A stretch of DNA of 64,000 bases, from positions 1,274 through 65,273 of IMG/VR virus record IMGVR_UViG_3300028833_000158; one strand, 5' to 3'. The position numbers were made by a program, and so were the translations under genes. Shown one piece after another: positions 45,167 through 54,602 of the stretch. The notes below the pieces were generated by a model. The model was given only the letters and a program-made list of their open reading frames with translations. It was not told where the DNA came from and did no database searches. How positions within the stretch are numbered: the stretch's first letter is position 1; every line of letters begins with the position of its first letter. The DNA is from a virus (Duplodnaviria; Caudoviricetes).

Positions 45167-48100
45167 ATGTTAGACTTTATGATGGTTACTACGCGTGCAC
45201 CTAAACGCGGAACTATCGAAATATACCCGAAGTTTATTGTTGGAAACTCCAAAGATCTTATGATTAGAGGAGGAGACTTTTACGCAATTTGGAATGATGA
45301 AACTGGTTTATGGTCAACTGATGAAGTAGATGCCCTTAGGATGATTGATAGAGAACTCGATACTTTCGCAGAGAAACATAGAGAAGAGTATCAAGGTGAC
45401 ACTGTCAGGATAATGCATATGTGGGATGCTGATACTGGCTCTATAGACAGATGGCATAAATATTGTCAAAAGCAGACTAGAGATAATTATCACATGCTTG
45501 ATGACAAAATTATATTTTCTGATGCCAACACAAAAAGGTCGGATTATGCAAGTAAAAAGCTGCCATATGCGTTAGTGCCTTGTGACATTCCTAACTACAC
45601 AAAGCTATCTACTACTTTATATTCTGAAGAAGAACTTCATAAACTTGAATGGGCTATAGGTGCAATAATAACCGGAGATGCTAGAAAGATACAGAAATTT
45701 GAAGTTCTGTATGGTTCAGCAGGAACTGGTAAAGGAACAATGCTTGATATTATAGCACAGTTGTTTGAAGGGTATTATTGCACGTTTGAGGCTAAAGCTC
45801 TTGGATCAGCTAATGCGTCTTTTGCATTGGAACCGTTCAAGAACAATCCTCTTGTGGCAATCCAATTCGATGGAGATCTTTCAAGAATAGAAGACAATAC
45901 CCGTCTTAACTCATTGATATCTCATGAAGAAATGATTGTTAATGAGAAATTCAAATCGAGTTATGCTAGTAGATTCAAATGCTTTCTGTTCATGGGTACT
46001 AATAAACCTGTTAAAATCACAGATGCAAAGTCAGGTCTAATAAGACGTCTTATTGATATTTCACCTACTGGTAATAAGATTCCTGTACGAGAGTATAAGA
46101 AACTTGTTGATGGTATAAAATTTGAACTTGGCGGTATAGCATGTCATTGTCGAGATGTATATTTGGATGATCCTGATTGTTATGAGGGTTATATTCCGAT
46201 TAACATGATGGGTGAGTCAAATGACTTCTATAACTTTATAGAAGACTCAGCAAATGTGTTTTCTGCTCAAGAGGCTATAACTCTTAAACAGGCATGGAGT
46301 ATGTATAAGGAATATTGTGATGAAGCAAAGATACCTTATCCGTTCTCAATGAGAGTATTCAAAAGCGAATTAAAGAACTATTTTAACACTTTTGAAGAAC
46401 GTTATACATTTGAAGACGGTACTCGTACATACAATTGCTATATTGGTTTCAAACTCAAATTCGACAAACCACAAGTGAAAACAAAAAAAGACTCTGAGTC
46501 CTGGCTTAAGTTCGGAGAGTATGATTCTGTATTCGACTTAATGGCTAAGGATTATCCTGCGCAGTATGCAACATCTGAAGGTATTCCTAGCAAAAAATGG
46601 CAGAATAACAAAACATTACTTGGCGAACTTAATACATCGAAATTACATTATGTAAAAGTTCCAACAGAGCATATAGTTATAGACTTTGATATTCCGGACG
46701 AGCATGGCAATAAGTGTCTCGCGAAGAATCTAGAAGCAGCTGCTAAGTGGCCTCCTACATATGCAGAATTATCTAAGTCTGGTCAAGGTATACATCTGCA
46801 TTATATTTATACAGGAGACCCTACTAAGTTATCAAGTATATACGACGAGCATATAGAGATAAAAGTTTTTAATGGCAATAGCAGTTTGAGAAGACAATTA
46901 AGCAAGTGCAACAATCTTCCTATAGCTAAGATAAGCTCGGGTTTACCACAGAAAGGAGACAAGGTGACAAACTTTGAGGGACTTGCTAATGAAAAATCTA
47001 TAAGAACTTCAATAAAGAACAATCTTGAAAAGAAAGTTCATCCAGGAACTAAACCAAGTATCGATTTCATTGCTAAAATCTTGAACGACGCTTATGAATC
47101 AGGAATAAAGTACGATGTATCAGATATGCGAACTGCTGTACTTGGCTTCGCAGCTGGAAGTACGCATCATGCTTCTGAGTGTATCAAGATGGTCAATCAG
47201 ATGAAATTTAAGTCTAAAGAAATTTTGGACGACGATATAATTGACGAGGTTCCTATCGAACCACTTGACCCTACATTGATATTTTATGATTGCGAGGTGT
47301 TTCCTAACCTTTTGCTAATAAATTGGAAAAGACAGGGTCATGGTGAAAAAGTTGTTCGCATGATCAATCCGAAGCCGTCCGAAGTTGAAGAGTTAATGAA
47401 GCACAGACTTGTTGGTTTCAACTGTCGCAGGTATGATAATCACATACTTTGGGCAAGGATGATGGGATATTCAGAAGAGCAGTTGTTCAGATTATCGCAA
47501 AGGATAATTAGTGGTGATAAGGATGCCTTCTTCAGCGAAGCATATAATGTCAGTTACACCGATATTTATGATTACTGTGCAAAGAAGCAGTCCCTTAAGA
47601 AATGGGAGATAGAGCTTGGTATTAGACATATGGAGCTTGGTCTTCCTTGGGATCAGCCAGTTCCTAAAGAACTGTGGGAAAAGGTCGCTGAATATTGTGA
47701 CAACGACGTTATATCCACAGAAGCAGTATGGAATGCTACTCAAGGCGATTTCCTTGCCAGAGAGATTCTCGCAGACCTTGCTGGCGGAACAGTAAATGAT
47801 ACCACTAACACTCTTACTACCAGATTGATATTTGGCAATAATAAGAAGCCTCAATCATCATTCAACTACAGATTCCTCGGAGACAAGCCGAAAGGTAAGT
47901 CATTTACGTGGAAAGATGTTATATCTTATGCCTCAGGTAAGACCGATCATAAGCCTGAAGGCCAGGTATGGTTTGATGGATATACTTATGTTAACGGCGT
48001 AAGTTCATATCGTGACGTCGCAGAAGTAGGTGAAGGCGGTAGAGTCTATGCAAATCCTGGATCATATGGTCATGCAAAGACATTCGATGTAGCTTCGCAG

Positions 48101-49069
48101 CATCCTCACAGCATAATAGCCGAAAGACTGTTCGGAGATTACACTGATATTTTCGAAGAACTTGTTAATGCTCGTGTAGACATAAAACACAAGGACTTCG
48201 ATAAGGCATGTCAGTTGTTTGGTGGAAGGCTTGCTAAATACTTGACAGATCCTGATCAGGCAAAGATGTTGGCTCAGGCACTGAAGATAGCAATTAATTC
48301 GGTGTATGGCCTGACTGCTGCTAAGTTTGCTAATCCGTTCAGAGATCCCAGGAATGAAGACAACATTGTTGCAAAACGTGGAGCTCTGTTTATGATCGAC
48401 CTGCAGCATGCTGTAGAAGACCTTGGATACAAAGTCATACACATTAAGACTGATTCAATTAAGATACATAAGCCCGATGAATTCATTGAGAACTTCGTTA
48501 ATAGATTCGGTGAATGCTATGGATATTCTTTCGAAGTTGAAGATGAGTGGGATCGTATCTGTCTTGTAAATGATGCAGTATTCATAGGTCACACTGAAGA
48601 AGGATGGAAAGCTACAGGTGCACAGTTCCAGCAGCCTTATGTGTTTAAGACTCTGTTCACTCACGAGCCTATAACATTCGATGACCTTTGCGAGACTAAA
48701 GCAGTGTCTAAAGGCGCTTTATATTTGGACTTTGAAGATGGTACAGAGCCTAGGTTTGTTGGTAGAGTTGGTCAGTTCTGCCCTGTAAAGCATGGTGGTG
48801 TTCTATATCGTGTTGATAACGGCAAGAACTACGCAGCAGCTGGAACAAAAGGATACCATTGGCTTGAATCTGAAGTAGTTAAACAGCTTGGTAAGGAAGA
48901 TGACATTGATATTTCTTACTATGAAAATTTAGCACATGATGCAATGGGTGCCATAATCTCATTCGGATATTTTGATGACTTTGTTGATGTGTCAAAGCCT
49001 TATGAGTTTGAACCATTCATGAATGAACCAGTTGAGAACGGTGTTCCTCTGGAATTACCGTTTAAATAA
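45167..49069 (+). CDS. Fused SF3 helicase / AEP primase / 3'-5' exonuclease / family B DNA polymerase
   Basis: GSAGTGKG P-loop; VIDFD and ELSKSGQGIHLHY (AEP); FYDCEVF, GFN..RYD, YCDND (exonuclease); FDVASQHP, KIAINSVYG, HIKTDS (PolB). Confidence 0.9.
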   Translation: MLDFMMVTTRAPKRGTIEIYPKFIVGNSKDLMIRGGDFYAIWNDETGLWSTDEVDALRMIDRELDTFAEKHREEYQGDTVRIMHMWDADTGSIDRWHKYCQKQTRDNYHMLDDKIIFSDANTKRSDYASKKLPYALVPCDIPNYTKLSTTLYSEEELHKLEWAIGAIITGDARKIQKFEVLYGSAGTGKGTMLDIIAQLFEGYYCTFEAKALGSANASFALEPFKNNPLVAIQFDGDLSRIEDNTRLNSLISHEEMIVNEKFKSSYASRFKCFLFMGTNKPVKITDAKSGLIRRLIDISPTGNKIPVREYKKLVDGIKFELGGIACHCRDVYLDDPDCYEGYIPINMMGESNDFYNFIEDSANVFSAQEAITLKQAWSMYKEYCDEAKIPYPFSMRVFKSELKNYFNTFEERYTFEDGTRTYNCYIGFKLKFDKPQVKTKKDSESWLKFGEYDSVFDLMAKDYPAQYATSEGIPSKKWQNNKTLLGELNTSKLHYVKVPTEHIVIDFDIPDEHGNKCLAKNLEAAAKWPPTYAELSKSGQGIHLHYIYTGDPTKLSSIYDEHIEIKVFNGNSSLRRQLSKCNNLPIAKISSGLPQKGDKVTNFEGLANEKSIRTSIKNNLEKKVHPGTKPSIDFIAKILNDAYESGIKYDVSDMRTAVLGFAAGSTHHASECIKMVNQMKFKSKEILDDDIIDEVPIEPLDPTLIFYDCEVFPNLLLINWKRQGHGEKVVRMINPKPSEVEELMKHRLVGFNCRRYDNHILWARMMGYSEEQLFRLSQRIISGDKDAFFSEAYNVSYTDIYDYCAKKQSLKKWEIELGIRHMELGLPWDQPVPKELWEKVAEYCDNDVISTEAVWNATQGDFLAREILADLAGGTVNDTTNTLTTRLIFGNNKKPQSSFNYRFLGDKPKGKSFTWKDVISYASGKTDHKPEGQVWFDGYTYVNGVSSYRDVAEVGEGGRVYANPGSYGHAKTFDVASQHPHSIIAERLFGDYTDIFEELVNARVDIKHKDFDKACQLFGGRLAKYLTDPDQAKMLAQALKIAINSVYGLTAAKFANPFRDPRNEDNIVAKRGALFMIDLQHAVEDLGYKVIHIKTDSIKIHKPDEFIENFVNRFGECYGYSFEVEDEWDRICLVNDAVFIGHTEEGWKATGAQFQQPYVFKTLFTHEPITFDDLCETKAVSKGALYLDFEDGTEPRFVGRVGQFCPVKHGGVLYRVDNGKNYAAAGTKGYHWLESEVVKQLGKEDDIDISYYENLAHDAMGAIISFGYFDDFVDVSKPYEFEPFMNEPVENGVPLELPFK

Positions 49070-49092
49070 TTTATATTTTAAGGAGATTAAAA

Positions 49093-49620
49093 ATGAGCAG
49101 AAATTTACTCGAAATCGAAAATGCACAGATCATGTTTAAGAACTTCTCTGGACAGGAGAAGCAGGCTATGGTTAACGGTCGTATGAAGATCGTTAACGAA
49201 GCAGGAAAAAGGAACTTTAATGTTCTTATCGATCCCGAAAAGAGCACTATTTACTGGAATGGCGAGCTTGTTACAAATCCTGACTTCGGTCAGGAACTCG
49301 CCAACCTCGGTTTTAATATCATACTGAGACCCGGAAAAGAAGAGGGAGAAGGACCTCAGTACAGGCTCCCTGTTCATGTTGGCTTTGACAACTTTGTTCC
49401 TGATCTCTATCTTGTTACCGGAAACAAGAAGGTCAAACTTGACGCAGAAAGCATCGATTGCCTTGACAACGCCGATATCATCACGGCTGATATATCTATA
49501 AATAACGGTAGATCGTACGTCGGGAATGACGGTAAGGAAAAGGTTAAGGCTTGGTGTAATATTGGATATTTCACCATTGAGCAGAACCGTTTTGCTTCCA
49601 AGTACGATTTTGCTGAGTGA
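49093..49620 (+). CDS. Probable single-stranded DNA-binding protein
   Basis: IENAQI.FKNFSG.E, N.AG.RNF.V, LD.ADI..ADI.I, aromatic/acidic C-terminus; follows the polymerase. Confidence 0.6.
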   Translation: MSRNLLEIENAQIMFKNFSGQEKQAMVNGRMKIVNEAGKRNFNVLIDPEKSTIYWNGELVTNPDFGQELANLGFNIILRPGKEEGEGPQYRLPVHVGFDNFVPDLYLVTGNKKVKLDAESIDCLDNADIITADISINNGRSYVGNDGKEKVKAWCNIGYFTIEQNRFASKYDFAE

Positions 49621-49643
49621 AAATAATTCATACCTTCTTATGA
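49619..49643 (+). promoter_or_regulatory. Promoter-like motif copy
   Basis: GAAAATAATTCATACCTTCTTATGA; then the GGGTAATAGTGCCC hairpin, identical to the one after copy 33331. Confidence 0.7.
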
Positions 49644-49680
49644 GGGTAATAGTGCCCGGTTTAATAAGGAGGCAAAAAAC

Positions 49681-49983
49681 ATGACACTAAATGCAATACA
49701 GGTTTTGAGCTCTTTAGCAGAGATCGAAAGACTGCTCGACAGAGAAAAAGACGAATGCAGAAACTATATGCACGATATCGTTATTCCACAGACAATGGAT
49801 ATAATGAAACTCGCGCAAGGTGACCTGCTGGACGTCGGAATTGAAGATGTCGAGAAGATCATCGAGATTCGTGCAAAGAGTGAAGAGAAACTCGAACGCA
49901 TGAAGTTTCTGGCTGAATTGTCAGAAAAAATGGCAGAATTGACACATGCACTATGTCCTAGCAAAGAGGATGGAGTCCAGTAA
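49681..49983 (+). CDS. Hypothetical helical protein
   Basis: AAGGAGG RBS; stop in the CAGTAATG hairpin loop. Confidence 0.7.
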   Translation: MTLNAIQVLSSLAEIERLLDREKDECRNYMHDIVIPQTMDIMKLAQGDLLDVGIEDVEKIIEIRAKSEEKLERMKFLAELSEKMAELTHALCPSKEDGVQ

Positions 49984-50024
49984 TGGGCTCTTCCTCTTCT
50001 TTCTGCCCAAAAAGGAGACCACAA

Positions 50025-50504
50025 ATGAAAATAAAAATGATCTTGCTCTTAACTGCAGCATTTATATTTTTATGCGGATTTACTCAAAAGACAGAATCAC
50101 CGAAAGCCATTTATACTGACACAGGTGTTGTTGTACTTGACGGTCGCTTAGAAACTCTAGGACTAACTAGGCAGGAACGTTATGAACTTCGAGCAATCGC
50201 TGAATCTGAAGCTCTAAACCAAGGCATTAAAGGAATGGCCCTAATTATGAGGGTCGTCCTTAATCGCCGCGAGTATGGTGGCTATGGAGAAGACATACAT
50301 TCTATTATATTTGCATATAAACAGTTCTGGACCTATGGTATGCCGCAATCATACGAAAGTTTAAGTAAGGAATCTGAATTAGCACTCATATGGGTAATGA
50401 ATGGCTGGGACGAATCTGAAGGCGCTTTATATTTTTGTGCTTACGGATGGAATGGACCCGAACATTTATTCAAATATGGTGATCATTGGTTTAGTAAAAA
50501 GTGA
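50025..50504 (+). CDS. SleB-like cell wall hydrolase (Hydrolase_2) with signal peptide
   Basis: Signal-like MKIKMILLLTAAFIFLCG; AESEA.NQ...GMA....VVLNR, I...KQF, GALYF, YGDHWF. Confidence 0.75.
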   Translation: MKIKMILLLTAAFIFLCGFTQKTESPKAIYTDTGVVVLDGRLETLGLTRQERYELRAIAESEALNQGIKGMALIMRVVLNRREYGGYGEDIHSIIFAYKQFWTYGMPQSYESLSKESELALIWVMNGWDESEGALYFCAYGWNGPEHLFKYGDHWFSKK

Positions 50505-50511
50505 GGGAAGT

Positions 50512-50694
50512 ATGAGTATATTTAACATTAAGAAAAAGAAAATAGTAAGTGTTATTAAATGCTGTAACTGCGGAAGAAAGTTAGGAGAGTATGTAAAGAC
50601 TGCAGAGATCGAAGATGGTACAGATGATATTTACAATGTTTGCCCGGATTGCTATAAGATAATGATAGATAAGATATCTGGAAAGGAGAAATAA
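50512..50694 (+). CDS. Zinc-finger small protein
   Basis: CCNC...CPDC. Confidence 0.6.
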   Translation: MSIFNIKKKKIVSVIKCCNCGRKLGEYVKTAEIEDGTDDIYNVCPDCYKIMIDKISGKEK

Positions 50695-50912
50695 TGTTTG
50701 TAAAGTTTACTCTGGTTGAAAAAGGAAAAGAACTCAAGATCCTTGCTAACGCTAATTTAATTGACTATGTAGTTGACAATGACGATAAGGAGAAAGATAC
50801 CTGTATACTCATGCTCACAACTGGCATGAAGGGTATTGTTAAGGGTTCTTATGATGATATTTGTAGGCAGGTTATAGCTGCTACAAAGCAAAAGGTACCC
50901 ATAACAAAATGA
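50694..50912 (+). CDS. Hypothetical protein
   Basis: AAAGGAG RBS. Confidence 0.65.
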   Translation: MFVKFTLVEKGKELKILANANLIDYVVDNDDKEKDTCILMLTTGMKGIVKGSYDDICRQVIAATKQKVPITK

Positions 50913-50915
50913 TAT

Positions 50916-50942
50916 TTGCAAAAAATCCATCTTCTATTATGG
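50916..50942 (+). promoter_or_regulatory. Promoter-like motif copy
   Basis: TTGCAAAAAATCCATCTTCTATTATGG; G50918 to ATG 50939. Confidence 0.7.
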
Positions 50943-50970
50943 ACAATAATGTCCAGAAAGGAGATAAAAC

Positions 50971-51321
50971 ATGACAGTAAACAAATATTTAACTACCCGA
51001 TATTGGAAAAGGCGTAATTTGCATAGTGCGCCTTCAGAGAGAGAACTCAGAGATAATTACAACGATGAGGTATTTTATGTTATCGAAAGTTCTGATGTTG
51101 AATGGGTCTTTGAACCGGAATCAGATAAGACGTTTCCAAAGATCAAAGTAAAGCATCAGACTATGGGACATATGTACTACGTGTATCTCGTTCAACTCGA
51201 AGGCGACTTGTATTTTACGAGGTCCATTGGGTCAGAAAGGGAAAACCGCGATTTATTAGCGGCAGGTTTTATGAAAATCCCGAAAGACGTATTGGCAAAG
51301 GAAACACCTTTAACAGTGTAA
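50971..51321 (+). CDS. Hypothetical protein
   Basis: Motif, GGACAATAATGTCC hairpin, AAAGGAG RBS. Confidence 0.7.
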   Translation: MTVNKYLTTRYWKRRNLHSAPSERELRDNYNDEVFYVIESSDVEWVFEPESDKTFPKIKVKHQTMGHMYYVYLVQLEGDLYFTRSIGSERENRDLLAAGFMKIPKDVLAKETPLTV

Positions 51322-51378
51322 CCAATCAAGAGAGATTGATATTTATCAGTCTCTCTTATTCTTTCGAAAGGAGGTAAT

Positions 51379-51579
51379 ATGGTCACGGTAATTAATCAAA
51401 ACGTGCCGATATGTCCAAAATGTGCTTCAGGTATGCACAAGAGGTATAACATGTTCGGTATTGTTTATATTTGTAACGACAATAACCACATCTGGAGAGT
51501 TGTGGATCGCAACAAGAACGATAATGAAATAGTAGTAACTGACAACCATCTCGAAGCGGAGGCGTATAATGGAGAATGA
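51379..51579 (+). CDS. Zinc-ribbon-like small protein
   Basis: CPKC...YIC...H; AAAGGAGG RBS. Confidence 0.65.
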   Translation: MVTVINQNVPICPKCASGMHKRYNMFGIVYICNDNNHIWRVVDRNKNDNEIVVTDNHLEAEAYNGE

Positions 51580-51763
51580 TATTTGTGAAGGCGATGATGT
51601 AATCATATCAGGTAAAGTTACTGCCGTACTTGATATTGACCTTGGCGTACGATATCTTGTAGTATTGCCTAGTAATCGTCGTGTAATTGTAGGGGAAATG
51701 GATATTAAGTCATACCGTCCGGAAGTAAAGGTCGATGGTGAAGATCACAGAAAGGGGAATTGA
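51569..51763 (+). CDS. Hypothetical (SH3/KOW-like) protein
   Basis: EGDDVII.GKV.AV pattern; GGAGG RBS. Confidence 0.55.
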   Translation: MENDICEGDDVIISGKVTAVLDIDLGVRYLVVLPSNRRVIVGEMDIKSYRPEVKVDGEDHRKGN

Positions 51764-52001
51764 TATTATGGTAAATGATCCTACTGTAAAAGAAGTTGTT
51801 TATGGAATGTCAAAGAGAAAGAGACTGGCACTATTCAGAATTATCGAATGTGTTGCAGATAAAAAGCTAATCAAAACAACTGATCTTCTTGTCTATGAAA
51901 GAAAGATGAATAATCAAGAACAGGAAGTAACTCGTTTTCTTATGGCACAGTTATTTACAAGAGTAGGAGGACAAGATGAACCGAGCAGAGAGAAGATCTA
52001 A
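51735..52001 (+). CDS. Hypothetical protein
   Basis: ORF in an overlapping chain. Confidence 0.55.
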   Translation: MVKITERGIDIMVNDPTVKEVVYGMSKRKRLALFRIIECVADKKLIKTTDLLVYERKMNNQEQEVTRFLMAQLFTRVGGQDEPSREKI

Positions 52002-52248
52002 AGGTAACAGACGTAGGAATGATATTTACCAGAAGTATCGTAAGTTTCTGGAGATCGTGGACGACGTAAAGACTTACACATGTGAGACTTGTGGTACGAC
52101 GTTTGGTATCATAGCCTATAAAGATGGAAGGAAATCAGGTACAGCTCAGGCAGGTTTTGCTGAGCCTTGTGAGAAATGTAAGGAGATGATGGCTAATGGA
52201 GATTACGGACAAGGAATTAATAAACCTTCAGAAACAGCAGGCGATTGA
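51976..52248 (+). CDS. Zinc-binding hypothetical protein
   Basis: MNRAERR start; CETC...CEKC; AGGAGG RBS. Confidence 0.65.
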   Translation: MNRAERRSKGNRRRNDIYQKYRKFLEIVDDVKTYTCETCGTTFGIIAYKDGRKSGTAQAGFAEPCEKCKEMMANGDYGQGINKPSETAGD

Positions 52249-52432
52249 AACATTAGAAGATGTGCTTGACTTACTTGATCTGGAAGACCTTGATATTCAC
52301 AGAGAGCTCGAGTTTAAGTTTCTGAACAGACGTGGTAAAGATATGTACGCCGGTATGGATAAGATCCTCAATAGAACTCGTAAGAGAATACGTGAGGCTA
52401 TTGTTTATATTAAGGAGGATATGGATGAATAA
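52196..52432 (+). CDS. Hypothetical protein
   Basis: ORF in an overlapping chain. Confidence 0.55.
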   Translation: MEITDKELINLQKQQAIETLEDVLDLLDLEDLDIHRELEFKFLNRRGKDMYAGMDKILNRTRKRIREAIVYIKEDMDE

Positions 52433-52856
52433 CGATATGGACGCTCAATTCTTATGTAAGGATTGTTCGAGATTCAACCAGTGCCAGTACTACGACAGAA
52501 GAAAAGGTGATTCCTACATCTGTAAATATTTTCACTTGGCAGAAACCTATGGCGTGACTAATGGTGATGTGATGAGGGTGCTGTTTCCGAATTGCGTGCA
52601 AAACGAGAATAGGAATTGGGTAGGTACAAACATTGACGGTTATACAACGTTTTCAACAGTGTGGTGGAATGCAACTTATAAGAAAGAATGTATCAAGACA
52701 TTGCCGACAGTCGAGAAAGAAAGTTGTCGTTGTAATACTTGCAAGAATAATGATGATGAATTAAGTGGCGAATGCTACGAATGTGTCAAAGGGATATTTG
52801 ACCACTATGAAAAAGAGAATAAAACGGAGGTAGAAAATGGACGAACGAATGATTGA
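52425..52856 (+). CDS. Cys-rich hypothetical protein
   Basis: AAGGAGG RBS; CKDC..C, TNGDV.R.LFP, CNTC...CYEC. Confidence 0.65.
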   Translation: MNNDMDAQFLCKDCSRFNQCQYYDRRKGDSYICKYFHLAETYGVTNGDVMRVLFPNCVQNENRNWVGTNIDGYTTFSTVWWNATYKKECIKTLPTVEKESCRCNTCKNNDDELSGECYECVKGIFDHYEKENKTEVENGRTND

Positions 52857-53055
52857 ACAATTACAAAAAGACAATGTAAGAAAGCAGATAATGGATTTTA
52901 TTCCCAACAATCTCGGAATTAACCTTTGTTCTGTCGAGGATATTATTGTACGCAGACAGAAAAATGGAGAAATCACAAAAATCATCATTGATTTTATTCC
53001 CGAAGAACCCGAACCTAAACCAATGGTTGGTTTAGATGGTGCTGTTTTAGCGTGA
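52837..53055 (+). CDS. Hypothetical protein
   Basis: GGAGG RBS. Confidence 0.6.
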   Translation: MDERMIEQLQKDNVRKQIMDFIPNNLGINLCSVEDIIVRRQKNGEITKIIIDFIPEEPEPKPMVGLDGAVLA

Positions 53056-53081
53056 TGCAGAGCAGATATGAGAGGTGAAGA

Positions 53082-53174
53082 ATGCTTGACAAAATCCTAA
53101 TGGTCGCAATTGGCCTTCTTTGTATTTGGCTCGTGTGGTTGCTGATAATGATAATTAAAGGAGATAAGAAATGA
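53082..53174 (+). CDS. 30-aa membrane peptide
   Basis: MLDKILMVAIGLLCIWLVWLLIMIIKGDKK; GAGGTG RBS; ATGA overlap with the next gene. Confidence 0.5.
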   Translation: MLDKILMVAIGLLCIWLVWLLIMIIKGDKK

Positions 53175-53650
53175 GCTACGAAACAAACGATAAGATGGTA
53201 AGTCATCCGGATCATTATAAGTCCGGGAAGTATGAGGTCATTGATATTATTGACGAGTTTACTAAAGACTTGTCAGGAACTGAGGCTGTATGTACGGCTA
53301 ATGCAATTAAGTATATTCTGAGATGGAAGAAAAAGAACGGCATTCAGGATGTGAAGAAAGCTATTTGGTATCTCACACATCTGGTTGAGCATTTGGAATC
53401 TCAGGTGATTCATGCGGATCCAGAATGTGCTAGGAAGATGGAAGAGTTTGAGAATTCTATTGATATTTCCAGAGAGCTCGAATTTGCACAGACTGGCAAA
53501 TGGCCGGAAAGGGAAGTGGAGTATGATGGGCCTGACGAGCACTGTAGAACTTGCATGTCTAGGTTTGAAACGCCGGAGAATGACGAAAAGTGCATTAACT
53601 GTTATGGAAGAGAGAATTATGAACCAGATCTGAATAAGGAGAGCAACTAA
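53171..53650 (+). CDS. DUF3310 / T7 gp1.7-like nucleotide kinase domain protein
   Basis: MVSHPDHY.SG..EVID.I, NAIKY..RW.KKNG.QD.KKA.WYL. Confidence 0.8.
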   Translation: MSYETNDKMVSHPDHYKSGKYEVIDIIDEFTKDLSGTEAVCTANAIKYILRWKKKNGIQDVKKAIWYLTHLVEHLESQVIHADPECARKMEEFENSIDISRELEFAQTGKWPEREVEYDGPDEHCRTCMSRFETPENDEKCINCYGRENYEPDLNKESN

Positions 53651-53844
53651 TGAGCCTACAAGACAAGATAACTAATGCTAAACCCACGACGTTTCTTACA
53701 GATGGGTTGACACAGGAAGAAGTAAAGCAGTGTGTTGAGAGCGGTAGGAAAGTCACAATAGATGACGATGAAGCTCCAACTACACCTATGAGAGTTGTAG
53801 ATATTCCGGGACAGGAAAATAAAATCTACGTGCCAATTAATTGA
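53650..53844 (+). CDS. Hypothetical protein
   Basis: AAGGAG RBS. Confidence 0.55.
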   Translation: MSLQDKITNAKPTTFLTDGLTQEEVKQCVESGRKVTIDDDEAPTTPMRVVDIPGQENKIYVPIN

Positions 53845-53869
53845 TTAAATAGGAAAAGAGGTATGAATT

Positions 53870-54601
53870 ATGGAAGAAGAAAATAAACTTTGTTGCAACT
53901 GCAAATTTGTGACAGTACTTTATAATGAAGAGCCTTGCAAGTCTTGTCATTTGAGATCAAATTGGCAGAGTAATGTCAAATTCAAGACGGGTGATTTAGT
54001 GGTTTCGAAAAACGACCCTTGTAGAAAAAACCTTTATGTTTATTTGCGTAATAAATGGGTTCTGCGCGTACCAAATTATGTCACTACTAGGTCAAGTTAT
54101 ATTATATCATCAGCCGGTTATCGTGGTTCCGAAATGATAGATAAACTTATACGTAATTCTAACGCCGAATGTGAATGGTTAGATGATCTAGAATATGCCA
54201 GCCCGGAAATTATTACGCAACACGATGACAGAGCGGAGAATCTTTATATTCCTGAGCCTTTTGGCGAATGGTTTCCTAAATTAATTGAAGAGGAACGTGA
54301 TCAGAAACAGAAGATAGCATTAGATGAAGTATATAGCGCTAAAGAATTCTTCACATTTTTTGATAGGAAACCAAAAGTATTCACCACGCCAAACATGATC
54401 AAGAACGTCATCTTCAGTGATCCGGCTACTATTATATTCTGGGAGGACGGTACTAAGACCGTTGTGAAAACTCAGGATGGCGAGAAGTATGATAAGGAAA
54501 AAGGATTTGCAATGGCGGTATGTAAGAAGGTATTTGGTAATGAAAGAGACTACTATAATGTCTTTAAACGTTGGATGAGAAAAGGAAAAGAGGTAAAATA
54601 A
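53870..54601 (+). CDS. Hypothetical protein with conserved phage C-terminal domain
   Basis: IKNVIF.DPATI.FW.DGTKTVVK...E.YD.EKG.AMA..KK..GN. Confidence 0.75.
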   Translation: MEEENKLCCNCKFVTVLYNEEPCKSCHLRSNWQSNVKFKTGDLVVSKNDPCRKNLYVYLRNKWVLRVPNYVTTRSSYIISSAGYRGSEMIDKLIRNSNAECEWLDDLEYASPEIITQHDDRAENLYIPEPFGEWFPKLIEEERDQKQKIALDEVYSAKEFFTFFDRKPKVFTTPNMIKNVIFSDPATIIFWEDGTKTVVKTQDGEKYDKEKGFAMAVCKKVFGNERDYYNVFKRWMRKGKEVK

Positions 54602-54602
54602 T

